32,000 bases of DNA, taken from the NCBI GenBank assembly GCA_021654395.1, contig AP024486.1, forward strand, positions 60,001 to 92,000, written 5' to 3'. Both the position numbers and the translations under genes were made by a program. Shown here piece after piece: positions 8,030-14,794 of the stretch (positions are counted from its first letter, which is position 1; the number at the start of each line of letters is the position of its first letter). Source of the stretch: Candidatus Saccharimonadota bacterium. GTDB taxonomy: Archaea > Micrarchaeota > Micrarchaeia > Micrarchaeales > Micrarchaeaceae. The notes below the pieces were generated by a model. That model was not told where the DNA came from. It did no database searches and worked only from the letters and a program-made list of their open reading frames with translations.

Positions 8030-8407
8030 TCACTGCTTACTATCCTCTTTCTGCTCTTTCTTCTTTATTATCGAGTCTATAGGCACATCCCCATACTTAA
8101 CAATAACTGTATTAACTTGCATAGTATCTGCACTTATCTGAGCACCTCTTACTGTCTTTCTTCTTCTTACACCATCCTTACTTTCTATCAAGACTCTCTT
8201 CTTTATAGAGCCTTCTATGCCTTTCTTCAATGGAAATCCATTGACATCTGTACCTCCCGTTATCTTTAATCTATAGTTCGTAAGTCCTAGCTGAGAAGCA
8301 TCAACCTCTTCTCCTATAAGCTTCCCTATAAAGAGTAATGCTTCCTCCTGCGTTAGCTCTTTCTGACCCGATAATCCGCTCTTAGGATCTGCTATAACAA
8401 GTTTCAT
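8030..8407 (-). CDS. rps6e: Ribosomal protein S6e
   Basis: MKLVIADPKSG...KITGGTDVNGFPLKKGIEG matches the S6e core. I moved the start to ATG 8407, because the listed GTG at 8416 is part of the SD GGTGAT. Confidence 0.9.
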   Translation of the reverse strand: MKLVIADPKSGLSGQKELTQEEALLFIGKLIGEEVDASQLGLTNYRLKITGGTDVNGFPLKKGIEGSIKKRVLIESKDGVRRRKTVRGAQISADTMQVNTVIVKYGDVPIDSIIKKKEQKEDSKQ

Positions 8408-8411
8408 ATAT

Positions 8412-8417
8412 ATCACC
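8412..8417 (-). promoter_or_regulatory. Shine-Dalgarno GGTGAT for rps6e, overlapping the cdc48 stop codon
   Basis: The minus-strand sequence is AGGTGATATATATGAAA. It is complementary to the GAUCACCUCC-type 3' end of 16S rRNA. Confidence 0.6.
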
Positions 8418-10578
8418 TATACATACTACTTGGCTCTTCCTTAAACTTCTTTATCTTTTCAACATAAGAGTCTGGAATTGCTGGCTTAATCTCATTAAAT
8501 GCATAGTCAAAGTCTGCCTTTGTTACAACATCTCTGTTCTCTCTTATTGCATTCATTCCTGCTTCTCTGCATATATTCTCTATCTCTGCTCCTGTATAAC
8601 CGACTGCCCTTTCAGCAAGCTCCATTAAGTTTACTGACTTGTCTAAAGGCATCCTCTTTGTATGAACCTTAAAGATCTCGTATCTTGCATTAACATCAGG
8701 CAATGGAATCTCTATTATCTTATCAAATCTTCCTGGTCTTAATAATGCTGGATCTATTATATCTGGTCTATTAGTAGCTGCTAGTACTACTACATTCTTT
8801 ATCTCCTGTAATCCATCCATCTCTGTAAGCAGCGTCGCTACAACTCTCTCAGTTACTTCAGAGTCAGCAGATAGCCCATTGTTTCTAGCTGGTGCTATAG
8901 CATCTATCTCATCTATAAAGATAATGCATGGAGCTGCCTGCTTTGCCTTTCTAAAGATCTCTCTAACTGTCTTCTCGCTCTCTCCAACATACTTACTTAA
9001 TACCTCTGGTCCTTTTATAGATATAAAGTTTGCTTCCCTCTCTGTTGCTACAGCTTTTGCTAATAGTGTCTTTCCAACTCCTGGAGGTCCAACTAGCAGT
9101 ATGCCTTTGATTGGTCTTATTCCAATCTTTGTAAATGCTTCTGGATTCTTTACGGGCAGCTCTACAGCCTCTCTTAACTCCTTCTTTACACTCTCAAGAT
9201 CTCCTATATCATTCCAGTGTACATTAGGCCTTTCAACAAATACCTCTCTTAATGCACTTGGCTGAATAGAAGCATAAGCTTTCAAGAAGTCATCCATCGT
9301 TACCTTCAGCTTCTGTAACACCTCTACAGGAACAGACTTCTTTCCTAGAACTTCTGGTATTATCTTTCTTAATGCATTCATTGCTGCCTCTCTACATAAT
9401 GCTGCTATATCTGCTCCTGTGTATCCATGTGTTCTATCTGCTAATAGGTCTAAATCAACATCTTTATCTAGCGGCATGTTTCTGGTATGTATCTGCAGTA
9501 TCTCCTTTCTAGCATTTCTATCAGGTACTCCTATCTCTATCTCTCTATCGAATCTTCCAGGTCTTCTCAATGCCGGATCTATTGCGTTTATTCTATTTGT
9601 TGTACCTATAACTATTACCTGACCTCTGGACTTTATTCCATCCATCAACGCTAATAGCTGAGAGACAACTCTTCTCTCTACTTCATTTGTTGCCTCTTCT
9701 CTCTTTGGAGTTATAGCATCTATCTCATCTATAAAGATAATAGAAGGAGCTTTCTCTTGAGCCTGCTTAAATATCCCTCTTAGTCTTTCTTCACTTTCTC
9801 CAACAAACTTACTTACTATCTCAGGTCCTGAGATATAGATAAAGTGGGCATTACTCTCATTTGCTACAGCCTTTGCTAATAGTGTCTTTCCAGTTCCTGG
9901 TGGTCCATATAGCAAGACTCCCTTTGGTGGCTCTATTCCTAACCTCTCAAAGAGCTCCGGATATCTTATTGGTAGCTCAACCATCTCTCTTATCTTCTCT
10001 ATCTCATTCTTTAAGCCACCTATATCTTCATAGTAGACATCTGGTATCTTCTGCTCTTCTGATACTGGCTCTGCTTTAACTTCAATCTCTGTATCCTTAG
10101 TAACTTTAACAACACCATGCGGTGTTACCTGAACAACATATAGAGGAATATTGTAGTTTATATAAGGATTTATCGGTATTATATCTCCTTTTACTAAAGG
10201 CTTATCCTCTAATCTAAGCTTTATATAGTTAATAAGCTCCGGAGTTATACTTGCTCTTGTATTACTAGCTGTCGTTGGAGCTAGTACAACTCTCTCTGCC
10301 TCTTTAACATCCGCCTTTGTTACATATACCTTATCTCCAATTCCTACTCCTGCATTCTGTCTAGTATGGCCATCTATTCTTATAAAGTTTAAGCCTTCGT
10401 CTTGAGTATGTGCAGGCCATACTATTGCTGCTGTAGACTTCTTCTTACCTTTTATCTCTATTATATCACCAGTCATTACATTAAGCAGCTTTCTCGCCTT
10501 TGAATCTATCCTAGCTATCCCTTTACCATCATCCGCAATAAATGCACTAGCAACCGTAAGCTCTATACCTTCAGTCAT
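8413..10578 (-). CDS. cdc48: Cdc48/VCP/VAT-type AAA+ ATPase (N domain plus D1 plus D2)
   Basis: Walker A motifs are GPPGTGKT and GPPGVGKT. Walker B is FIDEID twice. Both modules have an SRH LRRPGRF/LRPGRF and aromatic pore loops (KFVGESE, KYVGESE). The N-terminal double-psi barrel-like region has the GIARID/FIRIDG repeats. The C-terminus ends ...SSMYR, which fits HbYX. Confidence 0.95.
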   Translation of the reverse strand: MTEGIELTVASAFIADDGKGIARIDSKARKLLNVMTGDIIEIKGKKKSTAAIVWPAHTQDEGLNFIRIDGHTRQNAGVGIGDKVYVTKADVKEAERVVLAPTTASNTRASITPELINYIKLRLEDKPLVKGDIIPINPYINYNIPLYVVQVTPHGVVKVTKDTEIEVKAEPVSEEQKIPDVYYEDIGGLKNEIEKIREMVELPIRYPELFERLGIEPPKGVLLYGPPGTGKTLLAKAVANESNAHFIYISGPEIVSKFVGESEERLRGIFKQAQEKAPSIIFIDEIDAITPKREEATNEVERRVVSQLLALMDGIKSRGQVIVIGTTNRINAIDPALRRPGRFDREIEIGVPDRNARKEILQIHTRNMPLDKDVDLDLLADRTHGYTGADIAALCREAAMNALRKIIPEVLGKKSVPVEVLQKLKVTMDDFLKAYASIQPSALREVFVERPNVHWNDIGDLESVKKELREAVELPVKNPEAFTKIGIRPIKGILLVGPPGVGKTLLAKAVATEREANFISIKGPEVLSKYVGESEKTVREIFRKAKQAAPCIIFIDEIDAIAPARNNGLSADSEVTERVVATLLTEMDGLQEIKNVVVLAATNRPDIIDPALLRPGRFDKIIEIPLPDVNARYEIFKVHTKRMPLDKSVNLMELAERAVGYTGAEIENICREAGMNAIRENRDVVTKADFDYAFNEIKPAIPDSYVEKIKKFKEEPSSMYR

Positions 10579-10586
10579 TAACGACA

Positions 10587-10594
10587 GATCACCT
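10587..10594 (-). promoter_or_regulatory. Shine-Dalgarno AGGTGATC for cdc48
   Basis: The minus-strand sequence is AGGTGATCTGTCGTTAATG, an 8-nt SD followed by an 8-nt spacer before the ATG. Confidence 0.55.
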
Positions 10595-10621
10595 TTCTAA
10601 AAGTAATTAATTTGTAATAGG

Positions 10622-10629
10622 TTTAAAAA
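10622..10629 (-). promoter_or_regulatory. TATA-like box (TTTTTAAA on the minus strand) for cdc48
   Basis: It lies about 44 nt upstream of the cdc48 ATG and downstream of the oligo-T terminator of the acidic micro-ORF. Confidence 0.35.
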
Positions 10630-10660
10630 TACTATCTAGATTCGAATACTCTATTAGTAG

Positions 10661-10690
10661 AAATAGAAAACTAAAAAACTAAAAACTGGT
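10661..10690 (-). terminator. Oligo-T intrinsic terminator with three T-runs
   Basis: The minus strand reads ACCAGTTTTTAGTTTTTTAGTTTTCTATTT, starting 7 nt after the TAA of the acidic micro-ORF. Archaeal RNAP terminates at oligo-T tracts. Confidence 0.45.
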
Positions 10691-10696
10691 CGCTCT

Positions 10697-10822
10697 TTAC
10701 TCGTCCTCCTCTTCTTCTTCGTCTTCCTCCTCTTCGTCTTCCTCGTCTTCGTCCTCTTCCTCTTCTTCTTCGTCTTCCTCCTCTTCTTCCTCTTCGTCTT
10801 CAGGCTTTCTTCTAGCTGCCAT
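10697..10822 (-). CDS. Unlisted 41-codon hyper-acidic micro-protein, MAARRKPE followed by 33 consecutive Asp/Glu
   Basis: My own translation of the minus strand gives ATG (10822-10820), then MAARRKPEDEEEEEEEDEEEEEEDEDEEDEEEEDEEEEEDE, then TAA (10699-10697). That is 126 nt and in frame. GGTGA lies 6 nt upstream of the ATG (10829-10833). TTTATAAA lies at 10858-10865. An oligo-T terminator follows the stop. The ORF is below the 60-aa cut-off of the track. Confidence 0.5.
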   Translation of the reverse strand: MAARRKPEDEEEEEEEDEEEEEEDEDEEDEEEEDEEEEEDE

Positions 10823-10857
10823 AACAATTCACCATATTCTATATGTTATAGAACTGA

Positions 10858-10865
10858 TTTATAAA
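10858..10865 (-). promoter_or_regulatory. Palindromic TATA box TTTATAAA in the divergent region between the acidic micro-ORF and the HIT gene
   Basis: It lies about 36 nt upstream of the micro-ORF ATG. Confidence 0.35.
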
Positions 10866-10986
10866 GATTTCTATTCAGTTCCGTTATTAATGATAGATTG
10901 GCAAGTAATAAAAATATAACATTATTAATGGATAAATTTTATTACATTGTATAATTAAGTTATCTCTATATATATGGTGTAACTCT

Positions 10987-11409
10987 ATGCAAGACTGCAT
11001 ATTCTGTAGTATAGCTGCGCATAAGCTGCAAGAGAATTATATAATATATGAAAATGGAAGAGCTATGGTGATAGCTGATAGATATCCGGTTAACTTTGGG
11101 CATCTATTAGTTATAACTAGGAAGCATTATGAGAATATACTTGAGATAGATGATGACGATCTAAAGTCTGTAATAGTACTAGCTAAAAGGTATGCTCTGC
11201 TTTTAAAGGAAAGGCTTAAGCCAGATGGTATAAAGGTTCTAACAAATACTGGTAAGGCTGCAGGTCAGGCTATAATGCATATACATTTCCATATAATTCC
11301 CTTCTATGATGAAAGAGAAGATAAGGAGGATTTAACTTACCATTATAGAATGCATAAGGCTTTAACAGATGATGACCTTAATAAGCTTAAGGAGCTTCTA
11401 TTAAGCTAA
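10987..11409 (+). CDS. HIT (histidine triad) family nucleotide hydrolase/transferase
   Basis: The histidine triad HIHFHIIP is present, with an N-terminal CIFC zinc-motif-like pair. Confidence 0.9.
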   Translation: MQDCIFCSIAAHKLQENYIIYENGRAMVIADRYPVNFGHLLVITRKHYENILEIDDDDLKSVIVLAKRYALLLKERLKPDGIKVLTNTGKAAGQAIMHIHFHIIPFYDEREDKEDLTYHYRMHKALTDDDLNKLKELLLS

Positions 11410-11478
11410 GCATAATAAATTTAATATATAAATTGATTAATCTTTATCATTGTATTACTCTAAGCTATTGGTGTAAGA

Positions 11479-12483
11479 ATGAGTAGAGAGCTACCAAAGG
11501 GGCTGAAAGAGACAATGCAGAAGCAAGGCTACCATTTTGTAGGTAGACACTCTGCTATAAAAACATGCGAGTATACTGCAAATGGTTTAAGGGGAAAGAC
11601 CTTATGCTATAAGTATACATTTTACGGTATACGAAGCTGGCAGTGTATGCAATCTACTACAGCGATAGGCTGTGATCTAGCGTGCAGATTCTGCTGGAGA
11701 TTAATTCCCGAAGAAGAAGGGTATAAATGGAATGAGCTTAATGCTACAGATAGCTGGGATGATCCTGCTTATATTGTAGAGGGCTTAATAGAGGAGCATA
11801 GAAAGTTAATAAGCGGCTTTAAGGCGTTTGCAGATACAGAGCTAAAGAGAAGACGCTTAGAAGAGTCTTATAATCCTAAGCATGTTGCATTAAGCCTTAC
11901 TGGAGAGCCACTATTTTATCCGAGAATGAGTGATCTATTAAGAGAGTTCCATAAGAGAGGCATAAGTACATTTCTTGTGCATAATGGCAGTCTCCCAGAG
12001 GCTTTAGAAAGATTAACAGAGATGCCAACTCAGCTTTACATATCATTACAAGCACCAGATAAAGAGACTTATGAGAAGGTTGTAAGACCTAAGATAGCCA
12101 ATAGTTGGGATCGCTTTATAAGGGCGCTTGAGGTCTTCTCTAAGCTAAAGACAAGAAGAGTACTTAGAATGACATTAGTAAAGGGATTAAATATGCATAA
12201 CCCAGAAGGGTATGCTAAGCTAATAAGGATAGCAGATCCAGATTATGTTGAGGTCAAAGGATTCTCATTTGTAGGAGGTGCGAGAAACCCGAAGAGAGAG
12301 CTTACTTACGAGTCTATGCCGACTCATGAGGAGATAAGAGATTTTGCTGAGCAGATAGCAAGATACTCATCTTATATATACACTGCAGAGCATAGACCGA
12401 GCAGAGTAGTTCTCTTATCTAGGGATAAAGAGGCAGCAGATAATAGAATAATAGACTTCTCAAAGATAGGCAAGGATCTTTGA
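11479..12483 (+). CDS. taw1: tRNA 4-demethylwyosine synthase (Taw1/TYW1, radical SAM)
   Basis: GYHFVGRHSAIKTCEYT...CYKYTFYGIRSWQC carries the auxiliary-cluster cysteines. It is followed by the radical-SAM motif CDLACRFCWR (CxxxCxxC). Confidence 0.85.
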   Translation: MSRELPKGLKETMQKQGYHFVGRHSAIKTCEYTANGLRGKTLCYKYTFYGIRSWQCMQSTTAIGCDLACRFCWRLIPEEEGYKWNELNATDSWDDPAYIVEGLIEEHRKLISGFKAFADTELKRRRLEESYNPKHVALSLTGEPLFYPRMSDLLREFHKRGISTFLVHNGSLPEALERLTEMPTQLYISLQAPDKETYEKVVRPKIANSWDRFIRALEVFSKLKTRRVLRMTLVKGLNMHNPEGYAKLIRIADPDYVEVKGFSFVGGARNPKRELTYESMPTHEEIRDFAEQIARYSSYIYTAEHRPSRVVLLSRDKEAADNRIIDFSKIGKDL

Positions 12484-12492
12484 TATATAAAT

Positions 12493-12792
12493 TCATTTAT
12501 AGAATATATGCCTCTCTCTATTGCATGATAGGCATCTATATGCAAGATATCCGTGAGAGCTAACTAACCTTACAGATGCTGTTACTCCAGGATACAGAGG
12601 GAGCTTGCAGTACTTGCATATATAGCTCTTTATCTCCTTACTAAGCTTTACCTTATAATGATTCCTTATCCCTAACATTAGGCTTATATAATACCTAGAA
12701 AGCTCTTTATCATGAATATGCATTAATGCTAATCTATAAAGCTCTCTTATCCTTCTCTCAGCTATAGCCTTCCTTCGATCTTTAGCATTCAT
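12493..12792 (-). CDS. rnp4: RNase P protein component 4 (Rpr2/Rpp21)
   Basis: An Arg-rich helical N-terminus (RRIRELYRLAL) is followed by a C-terminal zinc ribbon CKYC...CLSC. Confidence 0.8.
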   Translation of the reverse strand: MNAKDRRKAIAERRIRELYRLALMHIHDKELSRYYISLMLGIRNHYKVKLSKEIKSYICKYCKLPLYPGVTASVRLVSSHGYLAYRCLSCNRERHIFYK

Positions 12793-12817
12793 AGATACTA
12801 ATAATAGACAAAGAAAT

Positions 12818-12825
12818 ATTATAAA
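12818..12825 (-). promoter_or_regulatory. TATA box (TTTATAAT on the minus strand) about 26 nt upstream of the rnp4 ATG; the mRNA is probably leaderless
   Basis: The spacing equals the canonical TATA-to-TSS distance, and there is no SD between the box and the ATG. Confidence 0.4.
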
Positions 12826-12830
12826 GATTC

Positions 12831-12838
12831 TTTTATAA
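12831..12838 (+). promoter_or_regulatory. TATA box TTTTATAA about 28 nt upstream of the scpA start; the mRNA is probably leaderless
   Basis: It sits in the divergent 73-bp region shared with rnp4. No SD is present. Confidence 0.4.
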
Positions 12839-12865
12839 TTTAAGAAATAGATAATCTAATAAGCA

Positions 12866-13573
12866 GTGATATTGATAGACCAGCAGCTTATAGATAGCTC
12901 ATATATAAGGAAGCTTATAGAGAAAGGCGACTGGAAGGAGGTATTATTAGACACTATTAAGAGAAACGGCATAGATCCGTTGAATATAGATATACAGAGA
13001 CTTACTGAAGAGTATATAAGAATTATAGAGATCGCTAAAGAGATAGATCTAAGGATACCTGCCAATATAATATTAGCGGCAGCTATACTTCTTAAGATAA
13101 AAAGCGAAAGCTTTATAGAGAGATTCTCCTATAGAGAAGATTATCAAGAAAGTAATAATAATAGCTACGATATAGTAAGCAGCAGTCAGATAGAGTTCGA
13201 TCAGATACTAATAGTTCCAAAAGGTACAAGGAAGAGAGCATTAACATTAGAGGAGCTTTTACAGCAGATAGATGAAAGCATAAAGCTAAACATTGAGTCA
13301 TCTAAAAATTATGAAGCTATAGAGAATATAGCTTCAGATATCGTTATAGAGCCTTATGATATAGATGCTCGTATGACTGCCTTACTTGATATAATATCAA
13401 AGACTATAGATAGCTACAAGATGACTACATTCAGCAGCTTAATAAGATACTTCGATAACGTTATAGAAGAGCTCTTTATACCAATGATATTTCTAGCAAA
13501 TGAAAGTAAGATCTCTCTAAAGCAAGATGAAGACTTCGGTGAGATATTCATAATAATGAAAGATGATGCTTAA
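12866..13573 (+). CDS. scpA: Segregation and condensation protein A (ScpA kleisin)
   Basis: GIDPLNIDIQRLTEEYIRII matches the ScpA N-terminal (D/N)PW/L-x-IDI motif. The gene is immediately followed by scpB and overlaps it by 1 nt. The GTG start is uncertain. Confidence 0.7.
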   Translation: MILIDQQLIDSSYIRKLIEKGDWKEVLLDTIKRNGIDPLNIDIQRLTEEYIRIIEIAKEIDLRIPANIILAAAILLKIKSESFIERFSYREDYQESNNNSYDIVSSSQIEFDQILIVPKGTRKRALTLEELLQQIDESIKLNIESSKNYEAIENIASDIVIEPYDIDARMTALLDIISKTIDSYKMTTFSSLIRYFDNVIEELFIPMIFLANESKISLKQDEDFGEIFIIMKDDA

Positions 13574-14049
13574 TGGACGATTCAGATTATAAAAAAGAGA
13601 TAGAGGCCTTGCTATTTATGAGTAATAGAGCATTAACATTAGATGAGATAAGCATTTATCTAGGAATAGGAAGTAAAGGCTATGTAAAGTCTCTGCTAGA
13701 GCAGCTTATGGAAGATTATAAGAAAAGGGATACTGCAATAGACATAAGGCTAATAGATAATAGCTATCTAATGACACTTAAGGATAGATATATAGATATA
13801 ACTAAGAAGCTTAATATAGAGCCAGAGTTTAGCAAAGCTGAGCAGAAGCTTCTCGCTTTATTATATAAATATAAAGACTCTAGTGTTACACAATCAGAGA
13901 TTATAGCAACTTTAGGAAAGGGCTATTATAACGTAATAGGGGAGCTCGTTAGGAAGGGATATATTAAAAAAGAGAGAGTTAAGAGAAGCTTTCTATTAAA
14001 GCTTACTAAAAAGTTCTTCGATTACTTCAATGTAAAGAGTGAGCAGTAG
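13573..14049 (+). CDS. scpB: Segregation and condensation protein B (ScpB)
   Basis: EIEALLFMSNRALTLDEIS is the ScpB N-terminal winged-helix signature. A second winged-helix-like segment is present, and the gene is adjacent to scpA. Confidence 0.75.
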   Translation: MDDSDYKKEIEALLFMSNRALTLDEISIYLGIGSKGYVKSLLEQLMEDYKKRDTAIDIRLIDNSYLMTLKDRYIDITKKLNIEPEFSKAEQKLLALLYKYKDSSVTQSEIIATLGKGYYNVIGELVRKGYIKKERVKRSFLLKLTKKFFDYFNVKSEQ

Positions 14050-14094
14050 TATAAGACTTTTTTAAGTATCTATATTAATATCAATTGATACTAA

Positions 14095-14793
14095 ATGGAT
14101 GATACTTCAAGCTATAGCGTATTGGATATATTAGATATGATAGATAAGATTAAAAGTAGTAACCCGGATGATCTGCTCAACTATAAGAAGCAGAAGATCC
14201 AGGTTAGTGATAAAGCATTAAGACTTTTTAACATTATAGAGAAAGGAGATAAGAGATACAGAAGAGTTCTTTTAGGGGATGATGCAATAAACATAAGACT
14301 TACTGCATTCAATAAACAGGCAGAGATGTTTGATAACCTTCTTATAGAAAGAGGATCTAAGATAACTATAACTAATGTCTCAATAAATCTAGATATAACA
14401 AATCCGTCTTTAAAGACATCTTCTAGCAGCTATATCTATATCAATGAACCATCAAATATAAAGACTAAGAGCATAGCTGAGATAACAGAGACAGATAGAG
14501 ACTTTGACATTATAGCTCAGATAATAGAGATAAGTGGAATGCGTTATGTAACTAGCAAGCTAACAAATAGGAGCATAGCAAGCGCTACAGCTAAGCTCTC
14601 TGATTCTACAGGTACAATAACTGCCTTCTTTAATGGAAGAAGCGCAGAGATCTTACAAAGATTGCATGTATCAGATATAGTAAAGATAGAGTACTGTAAG
14701 ACAAAGAAGACTAATGACAATAGGATATTTCTTATAGTAAGTGAGAGCTCTAGGATACTTGCAAATCAGAGGCTAAAAGATAGAATGAAGTAA
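14095..14793 (+). CDS. Hypothetical protein with two OB-fold-like segments (RPA/SSB-like?)
   Basis: RVLLGDDAINIRLTAFNKQAEMF...GSKITITNVSI and ATAKLSDSTGTITAFFNGRSAEIL...VSDIVKIEYCK both resemble the D-x-TG-x-I...W/F...G-D-x-V pattern of archaeal RPA OB folds. The call is by eye only. Confidence 0.4.
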   Translation: MDDTSSYSVLDILDMIDKIKSSNPDDLLNYKKQKIQVSDKALRLFNIIEKGDKRYRRVLLGDDAINIRLTAFNKQAEMFDNLLIERGSKITITNVSINLDITNPSLKTSSSSYIYINEPSNIKTKSIAEITETDRDFDIIAQIIEISGMRYVTSKLTNRSIASATAKLSDSTGTITAFFNGRSAEILQRLHVSDIVKIEYCKTKKTNDNRIFLIVSESSRILANQRLKDRMK

Positions 14794-14794
14794 G

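Noticed and set aside
8879-10079. Three + strand ORFs (128, 67 and 72 aa) inside cdc48.
   Set aside because: They are antisense shadows of a well-supported AAA+ gene. Their Ser/Leu/Phe/Ile-rich, low-complexity sequence is what the complement of AAG/GAG/GAT-rich codons produces. No start signals are present.
10631-10690. AGATTCGAAT (a tRNA T-loop-like string) and the tandem AAAAACT repeats, checked for a tRNA or a mini-repeat array.
   Set aside because: No acceptor or anticodon stems can be drawn. The repeats are three A-runs, which are T-runs on the minus strand. They are best read as an oligo-T terminator.
10700-10801. A pyrimidine-rich (CTC/TTC/GTC)n tract, considered as a plain trinucleotide microsatellite, an H-DNA spacer, or a + strand poly-Leu/Phe/Val peptide.
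   Set aside because: The + strand frame has no start codon after the upstream stop. The tract is exactly framed by ATG, SD, TATA and terminator on the minus strand, so the coding interpretation is preferred. It is not a pure polypyrimidine run, because G interrupts it regularly.
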